A stretch of 64,000 nucleotides of DNA from Macrostomum lignano. Its lineage: Eukaryota. Location of the stretch: contig NIVC01002287.1 in assembly GCA_002269645.1 (NCBI GenBank), forward strand, positions 1 through 64,000. Reading direction: 5' to 3'. The translations under genes were made by a program, and so were the position numbers. The notes beneath the pieces are model-generated. The model saw only the letters and a list, made by a program, of their open reading frames with translations, was not told the DNA's origin and did not search any database. Positions 13,501 to 24,192 of the stretch are shown here, in pieces. The stretch's first letter is position 1, and the number at the start of each line of letters is the position of its first letter.

Positions 13501-16500
13501 TATCCCCAACCTGTAATAGATAGGGAAAAATCATTATTAAATTGCCGCGAGATTCAGAAAACGGGGCCTCAACTTACACATTGTCAACAGAAACATCCGG
13601 TATCCAGACCATTTTTGAGGGAACGGATATTTTCTGCACTCTGCCCAATGACGAATTAGACTTCGTCATCCATGATAGGCGAGCGTCGAGCCATTGCTGC
13701 AGCAAGGTTTCGAAAAGCTTCTTTATAGCAGGTTCTTTTCGTAATGAAATCCCCCCCTAATCAATACAAGCAAGTACTGACCTTCGAAAGAGAAAACTGC
13801 AGTGTCACTTCCTGAGACGCAGAGTCCTGTGAAATCGACAAGGACTAGTAATAATTAAATCAATGTCTCCTAGAGCTTCGGAAGATATCAACTCACCACT
13901 TTGACGAGGCTAAACAGAAAGATGACCAAGGTCACAGTGTTTGCGGTGCCATTGTCCGGGGGCGGCCGGACCGCCCTGTTGTAGTCGGTGCCAAGCTTCA
14001 GCGCCGCCATCATGGCAGCGTCTGGCGAGGCTACATCGGCAGCTTCAGTGGTTGAAGCAGCGAGCAGAGCAGCGAAGAAGACGATGAGGCAACTGGGAGG
14101 AACCATGACGGACTAAGTCTGACTGATTGCGACACATGATAAGGGAACCATCTGAGCGAAAGGATTTTATAGCGTGTGTTAATAAACGGTAATTAAACAG
14201 CAATATTCTGTTGTTTGCACTGTCAGGAAATGTTTCATTTTCTGACTCCATTAACTTCATTGGATGGTGGATTTGCACTATTTTATTAAGAATCGCTTCT
14301 GTGTCCGCCTCCCGAAACAAAGGAAAATGCAATTTAATAATGCAAATATCAGACCCCATCAGCTCCAGACAAAAGTTAGTAGCACGTTCGTCGCATTTCG
14401 CCTAAACTCATTTACCGAATTTTTGAGGGAATGATCGTAAAAATGCTGGTTGAGTAGTCCGGCGCCAATATTGCCGAGTGTTCTACATATCAGTGGGGGA
14501 AATTAGTCGCACGACTCAGATACTATGGGGGAAAATTCAAGTCTTTTCTATAGGTGACAGTTACTTAGAAGTACAATAATCGGATTCGTTACTGATTTAA
14601 TAAGTGTTGTAAGCAGAGAATATCGAGTATGCATAGAATGCCAATAGAGGGGTCTAAAGTGGAGCCGATTTTCGTTCCTTCCGGGACTCTTCTTATTGGC
14701 CATGCGTTAATTTTTTAAAGCAGTTGCTTATTTTTGCGGGTTACATTTTCTCCGGAAAGGGCCGTTTTAAAAGTTTCTGGCATTCTTCGAATACAAAAGA
14801 GGTATCAAATTTCCGTTTTTTTATTTCATTGTAAAATTCCATCTTTTCTATGCATTTTGACACCTGGCAGAAATCAAGGGACGAAACTTTATCGAAATTC
14901 GTCATCAAAATTGTTCCCCGGATCTCACTATCAACTCCCTTCGGTCGTAGCCAGGAATTTCCGGGTATGCACTTAGAGTTCGGGCCATAGACAGCTCGTT
15001 GTATCAACTAATTTTTGCGCTTTCTCTATCACTCAATTTGCGGGGTTGATAATGGCACAGCTAGGTATTGGACCGCCAGGCAAAAGGCCACTCGATGGAA
15101 CGATGTATGTATGTATTTCATGTATGTTTTTTCATGGCCTCTAAGTCTGCGGCCTTGAGCCTGACTGGTTACCTATGAAGCCCGAAGGCGTTTGCTTGTA
15201 AAAGATAATTTTACGTTCGACTAGAGAGCTATGCACGGGCTCTGCTTGAGTCAATAAGGATTACCAAGTCTTCAATCTCTCTTGAATAGACAGGAAGATA
15301 GCAGGTATATTAATCTGTAAGTGCACAATGTAGCCTTGCTATTCTAGCAAATATTTAGCTATTGGAAACCCGCACTTTGCAGATCCAGCCGAAAGAACTG
15401 CTCCCGGCTGTGGGAAGAGTTTCGCTTCGTCGCCCTGCAACCGGACCACTGTCGGCCGGAGCCTGATGATTTTGCGGGGCTGCTGCAAATGGCCAATCAC
15501 GAAATTCCAGTTGACAAGGTGTGACTAACATGACTGTGTTTTCATGCACCATTTCAACTTAGAAATCCCATGGCAAGCATAGGGGGTTTTAGCCTAGTGC
15601 TTAGAGCGTAGGACTCATGATTGAAAGGTCGGGGGTTCGATTCCTGGAACAATTTGTGTCCTTGAGAAAGACACTTAACTCTGCATTGCTTCAGTCCAAC
15701 CAGCTGTTAAATGGACATCAGCATTAGCTGGGGTAATTGAGGGTGCGTGGCGACCCCCAATCCTTGCAGCCCTTCAATCCTTTCATAAAATAGCTGCGGC
15801 TGAGCTCTCGGTTGCACATCAGCCAATTAAGGCAGGTGTATTCAATTATTATTAGTATTATAGGTAATGCCAGTTTACAACACAAGTGCAATAGCAGACA
15901 TGATAAGTAATTTTAGATCCAGGAAATAAATGCTGCATGTACTGTTAGAGCACTGACTAGTGATGAGTGGTGTTAGAGTAATTCCTTCAAAGGTGACTCC
16001 TTTGGACAAAGGTGACAACTAGCTGGATGGAGAGGGTTCACTACTGCGAGTTGGCTTTCATGGGTTCGCACCTCTGATCCCCATAGTAACTAATTGTTAG
16101 TCAGTTGCTGCAAGGTAGATCTGCTGGCCGTAAAACGGAAACTGATCTTCATCAGGTTTAACCTGCTGAGCCTGAACTGAACTTTACTCAGACACCGCTC
16201 CGCAATGCTTCTCAACACACAATTTGCAGTTTGTGTTCTGGTCCGGCACCGCCTACAGCCTGGTTATCAGGGTGCGCGATATGCCCGAGTATTTCCCATT
16301 GGAGGAGACTCTGATCGGTGAGTTGAGCTGCCCGCCTAGCCGTTATTTTTGTGACACAAGCCTTCAGCTTGTTTTACCAGGAAAACAACCCAAGGCCGTT
16401 GGGGTTCGAGCCCCTTCCACCCTTAAATGAAACGGCACTTTCCTGAAATGGCGTTCGGGATTGATGGCTGTGATCAGTGAATACCTTAACAATCCTGAAT

Positions 16501-19500
16501 TTAAATGAAATCGATGTTTCATTGAACGATGCGACCCGCAGGGTTCATCATGAACTCCATGGACTGGTGCAACTACCGCTGCGACGTCAACACCAGGGGT
16601 AGTAAAATTTCTCTGAGAAGAAGGCGATCAACCAACAGTCAGGTGACGCGTCGGGACAGCTGCACCAACTTTACCTTGCCTTTCTGGATTGCCGCTTCCA
16701 GTTGGGTGAGCAACAGACTTTGTTGCTAGGCATAATTTTAGTGCAGACAGCGTCTCTGCTGAGTGCATTGCTGAGTACCGATTGGTGTGGCAGTGTCTGC
16801 TGGGTGCATTGCTGAGTACCGATTGGTGTGGCAGTGTCTCTGCTGAGTGCATTGCTGAGTACCGATTGGTGTGGCAGTGTCTGCTGAGTGCATTGCTGAG
16901 TACCGATTGGTGTGGCAGTGTCTGCTGAGTGCATTGCTGAGTACCGATTGGTGTGGCAGTGTCTCTGCTGAGTGCATTGCTGAGTACCGATTGGTGTGGC
17001 AGTGTCTGCTGAGTGCATTGCTGAGTACCGATTGGTGTGGCAGTGTCTGCTGAGTGCATTGCTGAGTACCGATTGGTGTGGCAGTGTCTGCTGAGTGCAT
17101 TGCTGAGTACCGATTGGTGTGGCAGTGTCTGCTGAGTGCATTGCTGAGTACCGATTGGTGTGGCAGTGTCTGCTGAGTGCATGACTGAATACCGATTGGT
17201 GTGGCAGTGTCTGCTGAGTGCATTGCTGAATACCGATTGGTGTGGCAGTGTCTGCTGAGTGCATTGCTGAGTACTGATTGGTGTGGCAGTGTCTCTGCTG
17301 GGTGCATTGCTGAGTTCCGATTGGTGTGGCAGTGTCTCTGCTGGGTGCATGATTGAGTAGCGAATGATGTGGCAGTGTCTCTGCTGGGTGCATGATTGAG
17401 TAGCGAATGATGTGGCAGTGTCTCTGCTGAGTGCATTGCTGAGTACCGATTGGTGTGGCAGTGTCTGCTGAGTGCATGACTGAATACCGATTGGTGTGGC
17501 AGTGTCTGCTGAGTGCATTGCTGAATACCGATTGGTGTGGCAGTGTCTGCTGAGTGCATTGCTGAGTACTGATTGGTGTGGCAGTGTCTCTGCTGGGTGC
17601 ATTGCTGAGTACCGATTGGTGTGGCAGTGTCTCTGCTGGGTGCATGATTGAGTAGCGAATGATGTGGCAGTGTCTCTGCTGAGTGCATTGCTGAGTACCG
17701 ATTGGTGTGGCAGTGTCTGTAACTTATAACACGGAGATCCTTTCGGCAAATCGTCTTCAGTCATCTGGCAGGCGCTTCTTCACCAATTTTGAGCAGCTAA
17801 AAAAACTGCAGCACCGGGACTGGAGCAAATCCCTGGACTCGCCGCCCTAAGCTGCAATTATTTTTCACTGCATTTGTAATTTTAGGCGTGATAGTTAGCA
17901 TCGCCGTTGATTCTAATTTCGATTCTGCAGACAAGGCAAACAGAGAGACGCGGGTCGGTGAGGTTTGACGAGCTGGGGCTCTGAGAATTCCAGAAAATCT
18001 TATTAAATTCGAGATGTTATCTTTTGCAAAGGATTATCATGGCAATAAGTGCTAATGTCAAACACCTCACTTATCCAGAACGTGAAGAATTTCTTATCGC
18101 ACTTGAAATATTTGAAAATGCCCATCTTTATTTGAGTGCGCTAAGAAGAGAATGAATAATCGATTTATCTTCACTTTATGCTCACAGTATCCTGGTTTGG
18201 AGAGCACAGTTAATTCTTATGACATTTGAACAATACTGAATAAACAAAAATCTTCCGCCTTGACAATCAATAAGTTTGCAGGCAAATCTACAGGAAAAGT
18301 GTCCGTCTTACTGAACGCATCTGTGGCGAATCCCTTCCGAGAGACCTCGTGAGTTATCCACCTCCACCGAAGTTCTTGTCAAATTAGTCTTCGTCTCACC
18401 ATTAGGCATGTCAGAGACTTGAGGTTTATAATTGCACAGATGGGGGAGACTGGGGTTTATAATTGGACAGATGGGGGGGACTGGGGTTTATAATTGCACA
18501 GATGGGGGGGACTGGGGTTTATAATTGCACAGATGGGGGAGACTGGGGTTTATAATTGCACAGATGGGGGAGACTGGGGTTTATAATTGCACAGATGGGG
18601 GAGACTGGGGTTTATAATTGCACAGATGGGGGAGGCTGGGGTTTATAATTGCACAGATGGGGGAGACTGGGGTTTATAATTGCACAGATGGGGGAAACTG
18701 GGGTTTATAATTGCACAGATGGGGAGACTGGGGTTTATAATTGCACAGATGGGGGAGACTGGGGTTTATAATTGGACAGGTGGGTGGGAAGATTGGGGTT
18801 TATAATTAGACAGGTGGGGGTGACTGGGATTTATAATTAGACAGGTGGGGGAGACTGGGGTTTATAATTAGACAGGTGGGGGAGACTGGGGTTTATAATT
18901 AGACAGGTGGGGAGACTGGGGTTTATAATTGGACAGGTGGGGGAGACTGGGGTTTATAATTGGACAGGTGGGGAGACTGGGGTTTATAATTGGACAGGTG
19001 GGGGAGACTGGGGTTTATAATTGGACAGGTGGGGGAGACTGGGGTTTATAATTGGACAGGTGGGGGAGACTGGGTTTATAATTGGACAGGTGGGGAGACT
19101 GAGATTTATAGTTAGACAGGTGGTGGAGACTGCGGTTTAAAATTGGACAGGTGGGGAGACTAGGGTTTATAATTGGACAGGTGGGGAGACTGGGGTTTAT
19201 AATTAGACGGGTGGGGGAGACTGGGGTTTATAATTGGACAGGTGGGGAGACTGGGGTTTATAATTGGACAGGTGGGGAGACTGGGGTTTATAATTAGACA
19301 GGTGGGGAGACTGGGATTTATAATTAAACAGGTGGTGGAGACTGGGATTTATAATTAGACAGGTGGGGGAGACTGGGGTTTATAATTAGACAGGTGGGGG
19401 AGATTGGGGTTTATAATTGGACAGGTGGGGAGACTGGGGTTTATAATTGGACAGGTGGGGAGACTGGGGTTTATAATTAGACGGGTGGGGGAGACTGGGG

Positions 19501-20980
19501 TTTATAATTGGACAGGTGGGGAGACTGGGGTTTATAATTGGACAGGTGGGGAGACTGGGGTTTATAATTAGACAGGTGGGGGAGACTGGGATTTATAATT
19601 AAACAGGTGGTGGAGACTGGGATTTATAATTAGACAGGTGGGGGAGACTGGGGTTTATAATTAGACAAGTGGGGGAGATTGGGGTTTATAATTGGACAGG
19701 TGGGGAGACTGGGGTTTATAATTGGACAGGTGGGGAGACTGGGGTTTATAATTGGACAGGTGGGGGAGACTGGGATTTATAATTAAACAGGTGGTGGAGA
19801 CTGGGATTTATAATTGGACAGGTGGGGGAGACTGGGATTTATAATTAAACAGGTGGGTGGGGAGACTGCGGTTTATAATTGGACAGGTGGGGGAGACTGG
19901 GGTTTATAATTAGACAGGTGGGGGAGACTGGGGTTTATAATTGGACAGGTGGGGGAGACATGTTTATAATTGAACAGGTAGGTGGGGAGACTAGGGTTTA
20001 TAATTAGACAGGTGGGAAAGACTGGGGTTTATAATTAGACAGGTAGGGGAGACTGGGGTTTATAATTAGACAGGTGGGAAAGACTGGGGTTTATAATTAG
20101 ACAGGTGGGGAGGCTGAGGTTTATAATTAGACAGGTGGGGAGGCTGGGGTTTATAATTGGACATGTGGGGGAGACTGGGGTTTATAATTGGACAGGTGGG
20201 GAGGCTGGGGTTTATAATTAGACAGGTGGGGAGGCTGGGGTTTATAATTAGACAGGTGGGGAGGCTGGGGTTTATAATTAGACAGGTGGGGAGGCTGGGG
20301 TTTATAATTAGACAGGTGGGGAGGCTGGGGTTTATAATTAGACAGGTAGGGGAGACTGGGGTTTATAATTAGACAGGTGGGGAGGCTGGGGTTTATAATT
20401 AGACAGGTGGGGAGGCTGGGGTTTATAATTGGACGGGTGTGTGAGACTGACAATCAAAAAATTACAACGTCTATAATTTTCTTTCACCCTGAAAATCCAT
20501 TGAGGATCTTCGGCCAGTTCGAGCTGCCCCAGCTCAGCCCGCCGCGGATTAGCCAGGTCGATGTCTACCCGCTGCGCTCGCTCAACGATCCGCGTCTGGC
20601 GTCTGCTTACAGCGCCTGTCGGATGGATCCGTCAGTGCTGCGACTGCGGCAGCGGCTGCTGTTGAAAGGCGTACGGGTCAACTGTCAGGACAATCCGCTG
20701 TGAGCGTTATTGTGCTAGTGCAGAGTATAAGTATTCTGTCTTTTTCATTTAACTCTGTTCTGTTTCTGCTCTGTTTCGGTCTGTTCCCCGCATCAGACAG
20801 ACATCTCGCCCACTCCGCAGGTTTCTCGTGCACACTCTCTGCTCGGAGTCTCCGCAGGCTGAGCGCTGTCAACTCATCGGGAGGTCAAAGTCGGACTCGA
20901 GCTGGCTGGCCGCCGGGCCGCTGCGACAGCTTCTGTGGGCCGCCGCTGCGATGGCCCTGACGGCCTGCTTTGTGAATTGA
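10520..20980 (+). CDS. ADP-ribosyl cyclase / NAD+ glycohydrolase (CD38/CD157/Aplysia cyclase family), signal peptide plus GPI-type C-terminus
   Basis: Phase-consistent exons 10520-10686, 15383-15518, 16230-16317, 16542-16705, 18275-18348, 20505-20699, 20821-20980. A possible upstream in-frame start exon ends at 10302 (ATG 10293). Motifs: IFVGRCNEF, NCSRLWEEF, FVFWSG, PLEETLIG, MDWC, PFWIAASS, VSVLLNAS, IFGQFELPQL (catalytic Glu), NCQDNP, LCSESPQAERC, then a hydrophobic tail LLWAAAAMALTACFVN*. Confidence 0.9.
11565..11785 (+). repeat. ~210-bp dispersed repeat, copy 1
   Basis: AGCAGTTGCTTATTTTTGCGGGTTACATTTTC...CGAATACAAAAGAGGTATC...CATTTTGACACCTGGCA recurs at ~14719-14915 in the same orientation. 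Confidence 0.8.
11856..14106 (-). CDS. Divergent nicotinic-type pentameric ligand-gated ion channel subunit (non-alpha, cation-selective signature), nested in the cyclase intron
   Basis: Exons 14106-~13897, 13826-13782 (the 45-nt exon typical of nAChR genes), 13696-13578, 13510-13189, 12541-12343, 12262-11856. Signal peptide, YNRAVRP, WLDARLSW, WIPDV, Cys-loop CQMEMQYFPFDSQKC, M1 proline, M2 GERVSFSITIVLS, M3 and M4. No vicinal cysteines. Confidence 0.92.
12880..13145 (-). mobile_element. tRNA-derived SINE, family A
   Basis: Minus-strand A box TAGCTCAGCGG and B box GGTTCGATTCC, followed by a body containing GCTGTACA...GTGCTCAGGAGTCA and a (TTA)n tail. Related pieces at ~2835-2875, 4560-4638 plus 5467-5530, ~9440-9940, ~30030-30100 and ~54515-54700. 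Confidence 0.65.
14719..14915 (+). repeat. ~210-bp dispersed repeat, copy 2
   Basis: Colinear with 11565-11785, with scattered substitutions and small indels. Confidence 0.8.
15585..15860 (+). mobile_element. tRNA-derived SINE, family B, with conserved central domain (Meta/V-domain-like)
   Basis: A box TAGCCTAGTGC, B box GGTTCGATTCC (15634), then GTGTCCTTGAGAAAGACACTTAACTCTGCATTGCTTCAGTCCAACCAGCTG and an (ATT)n tail; second copy at ~53560-53845. Confidence 0.7.
16752..17720. repeat. Intronic minisatellite, 41/43-bp unit
   Basis: GCTGAGTGCATTGCTGAGTACCGATTGGTGTGGCAGTGTCT tandem copies. Confidence 0.95.
18422..20440. repeat. Intronic G-rich minisatellite, ~30-bp unit
   Basis: GACTGGGGTTTATAATTGGACAGGTGGGGGA tandem copies. 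Confidence 0.95.
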
Positions 20981-21435
20981 GAAGACACAGGCTTGCTTAT
21001 CAACTGACATTTCCGAATCACTCTGATAATTTGTCTCTGCTTTTTGAAAGACTACTCAGCTCGTACGTAAGAGATAGCAGGCGTGACTTTTCTTTTGACA
21101 GAAACTTAGCATTTTGCATTGGTACTGATTTGTTTGCTATTAATACAATACCTAAGTTTTTTTATAAATTCGAACGATGCAGATCTATATTGGTCGTTTG
21201 GCCTTTCGCAGCGATGATAATTTTCGCCTGTTAGATGCTGCTTAAAATTATTCTCCACAATTGTCCTATTTTACGGCCTTTAGGATGCTTCTAAATTTTG
21301 CAACCTTTACAGCAACCCTGAGAATCGATAAAAACGATTTTAACGATTTATATTCAGCAGCACTGGTTTTCATAATTTATGTTCAAAACTTGCTGCATCA
21401 AGAATTCCCTGCAGTTTGTGTTGACTTTATTTTAA

Positions 21436-24192
21436 CCATGAGCAGACGGATGGCCCGAATTCGGGTCATGGCTCAACACCCAAAGCCAACGGGAATTTTT
21501 TATATCTATGGCCAAAAAACCAGCAAAATTGGCACACCCGTTCTGGACTGATGTGGCCCGAAAACGGGTCAAGTAGTGGCCAATAAGATAGTGAAAACGC
21601 ACTTAGAAAAGATAGCCTGTAACAAAACAAAGTAATTTCAATTACTCATATATTTTTCTTCTGTTTAAAAGTTAACGGTTTAAGTTATATTAGAACATAG
21701 TGAAGTGGGGTCATTTCTTTACTGGTCAAAACTGGAGGGAAGCTGTCACAATTGTCATGCTGTCACGTCATTTTCTGTGGAGTTGATTTTAGAAAACTTT
21801 TAGAAAACTGGAAAGAAACAGGTAATCTAAAAGCAACAAGCATCTAAATTTATTATAACTCCAAATTAATACGGAATAATGTAATTTCTATCCACGATAA
21901 TGCAACAAATATATTGTTTTATTTCAAGGGGCCTTGGTGCTAGGACTGAGGTCTAGGAGCTGAGAGACCGGGTCCCTGGATTGATTGCGAATCCTCGCCA
22001 TCTCTAACACCCCCTGCCTCCCCCCGTCTCTGCGCCTGCGGTTATCACTCGGCGAATCCGCCCCTTCCTATTGTAATTCCCTCACCTCTACCCCTCTGCT
22101 TATGACCCTACCCTCTTCTACTGTTTTCTGATTCCTACGTCCCATATTAGTAGTTTCTGTAACCAGGACAATTTCTGGACTATTTGGAACCAGGGGCTGT
22201 GGTGGCACCAGTTCAAAATGGAGTCAAAATAGAAAAGCAAATGTGCGGAAAGGGTGGATACTACAATATTTTCTATACTGTCTAATACACATCGCCAGGC
22301 GTCAGACCTAATTGGTATGAAATTGCATGAAGCAAGCACCAAGGCAGAGTGCTGGCATTCCCGGGCAAGCTTCGCATACAAACACTGTCTTCTTCAATTG
22401 GCCAGCCGCATAGCATACTCGGCATCGTTTGCGTGGCCGAGCCTGGTCCCCGTGTCTGGGAGCTTTGCTTGGAGAATGAGCAGCAGCTCCATTGCCTACA
22501 GCTTCAGCGCCAGCACCGGCAGCTGCTCCATCTGGCATTCGACCGCGTCGCCTGGCAACACCAGTGTCCTCCAACAGATATTTGACTGCGAGCCTTATAA
22601 ACTGCAAGAAGGTCTTTGTTCCGCCCGATTGCTTGAAGATGACCCAGGCATTTCTCACAAGCATCAGGAAAAGGTGGAACCCAAGCTTGTGGAACCAGCG
22701 CATGCTCTTACGATTGGCTAGGTATGGGTGCATTGAAGCGTCCAGATGGTCAACACACCCATGCTGGCACAGTATGCTAACACACTTACAGGCTTCGGCA
22801 CCACCTGCACGGCACCTCCACGACGGGTACGATGGACCTGGATGCAATCAGCTTTTCCTGCTGTATCTAGCAGATATACAGTTTTTGTGCCGCTCTGCTT
22901 CCTGTCGACAAATTTGCAAGCCAGTAGGTCCCCTGAGCGAGCGAATGCAGATGAAGTCGGATGTAGGTTGGCAGCTTGCAGTTCAGCTGGGATACCGCGG
23001 TTTTTCCGTACTGTTCCGGTTAGCAGCGTATCATGCTGCAGCAGCCAAGTAGCCAGCCGCTGAGACGTAAACCAACTGTCGGTGAAGACGTGGTGTCCAA
23101 GATTAAGCAAACCGCGGCACAGTTCTGCAACAACCTTCTCACTCATCGTCAAGTCCTGACACCCGAGGCCTTCATCGAACTGATTATTGACCTCCGGGAA
23201 TGTGTGGACGACGAAGTTCCATAAGTACGCAGTCTCACAGATACAATACATTTTAATTCCGTATTTACTTTTCTTTGTTGGAATGTACTGTTTAAAAGCA
23301 ACTCTGCCCTTGTACAAAACGAGTGTCTCATCAACCGACAGTCGCTGCCGTGGCATGTAATTGTTGCTGCACAGATGCTTTACGCTGTGCAGAAAGGGCT
23401 CCATCTTTGCCAGAGGGCCGTCTCCTAAAGCCTCAGCGCAGTTGTAAAAACGCAGGCAGGACAGCAGCTGCTTGAAGCGGTCTCTTGAGAGCGAGAATGG
23501 CTTGGCCAGAAGGGAGCAATGAAACGCTGGATCGGTTGACCAGTATAGTTGGCGATTTCCGGCTTCTTGTCGACACCCATCAAAAGCACGATTCCCACTA
23601 ACTTACGAACTTCATCCGTCGTTGAGTCCCGCCATTTCAACACTTGCTTCGGCAGTGCAGCCTCTGTTTCGGCTTCTTGAAAGATTCTCCAAGCCTTAGC
23701 ATTAGTCCAATTGCTGAGGTCTTCGAACAACTGGTCTGGAAAAAAAAGCTTTAGGAAAGCATCTTCGTTTCCATCAGCAGTTGGTGGAGGCTGCCAGTCT
23801 GGTCGGATGCCAGGTGTTCCGAGAAAATCGGGTAGGGCTGATGGCCTGTTGTCCTCATTCGGTTGAACCATGTGCCACCCACCGGCTTGCTCGTTGTTCT
23901 CAGCGATGTCCATCTTTCGAAAAGTTTCGAAAGTTTCGAAAGTTTCGAAAGTGGAATACTGACTCAACGAAGTATCAGAGTCGAAACTGGCGTCTGAATC
24001 CATGTATATTTGCTTGAAACAGAAAATCTCTGTGCAAACTCTACGCGCAGGCAGTCAATAAGTATAAGTGAAGTCTATGTAGAAACTCTGTGGTACTTTA
24101 GAAACTGTTCCCGGCGGGAATGGGTGTGAGCATTACAAGAAAAAATTTGTCTATGGCCCGATTTCGGGCCAAGCCGTCGGGAACGGGTGTGG
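21436..24192 (-). mobile_element. piggyBac element with near-complete PGBD4-like transposase (CDS 24003-22308, two frameshifts)
   Basis: Motifs FLKLFFPD, SRDRFKQLL, LSVDETLVLYKGR, QYIPTKKSKYGIK, FTDSWFTS, GTVRKNR, GVDHLD and C-terminal CRVC...CEACP...LC. TTAA at 21432-21435. Inverted degenerate GGCCCGA(A/T)TTCGGG motifs at ~21450-21575 and ~24150-24190; the ends are approximate. Confidence 0.85.

Noticed and set aside
16628-17764. Long ORFs of 300-480 aa here and at 31528-32290, 39748-40606, 57490-58920 and 59753-60658
   Set aside because: They are translations of stop-free minisatellites, open in several frames and on both strands, mostly inside introns.
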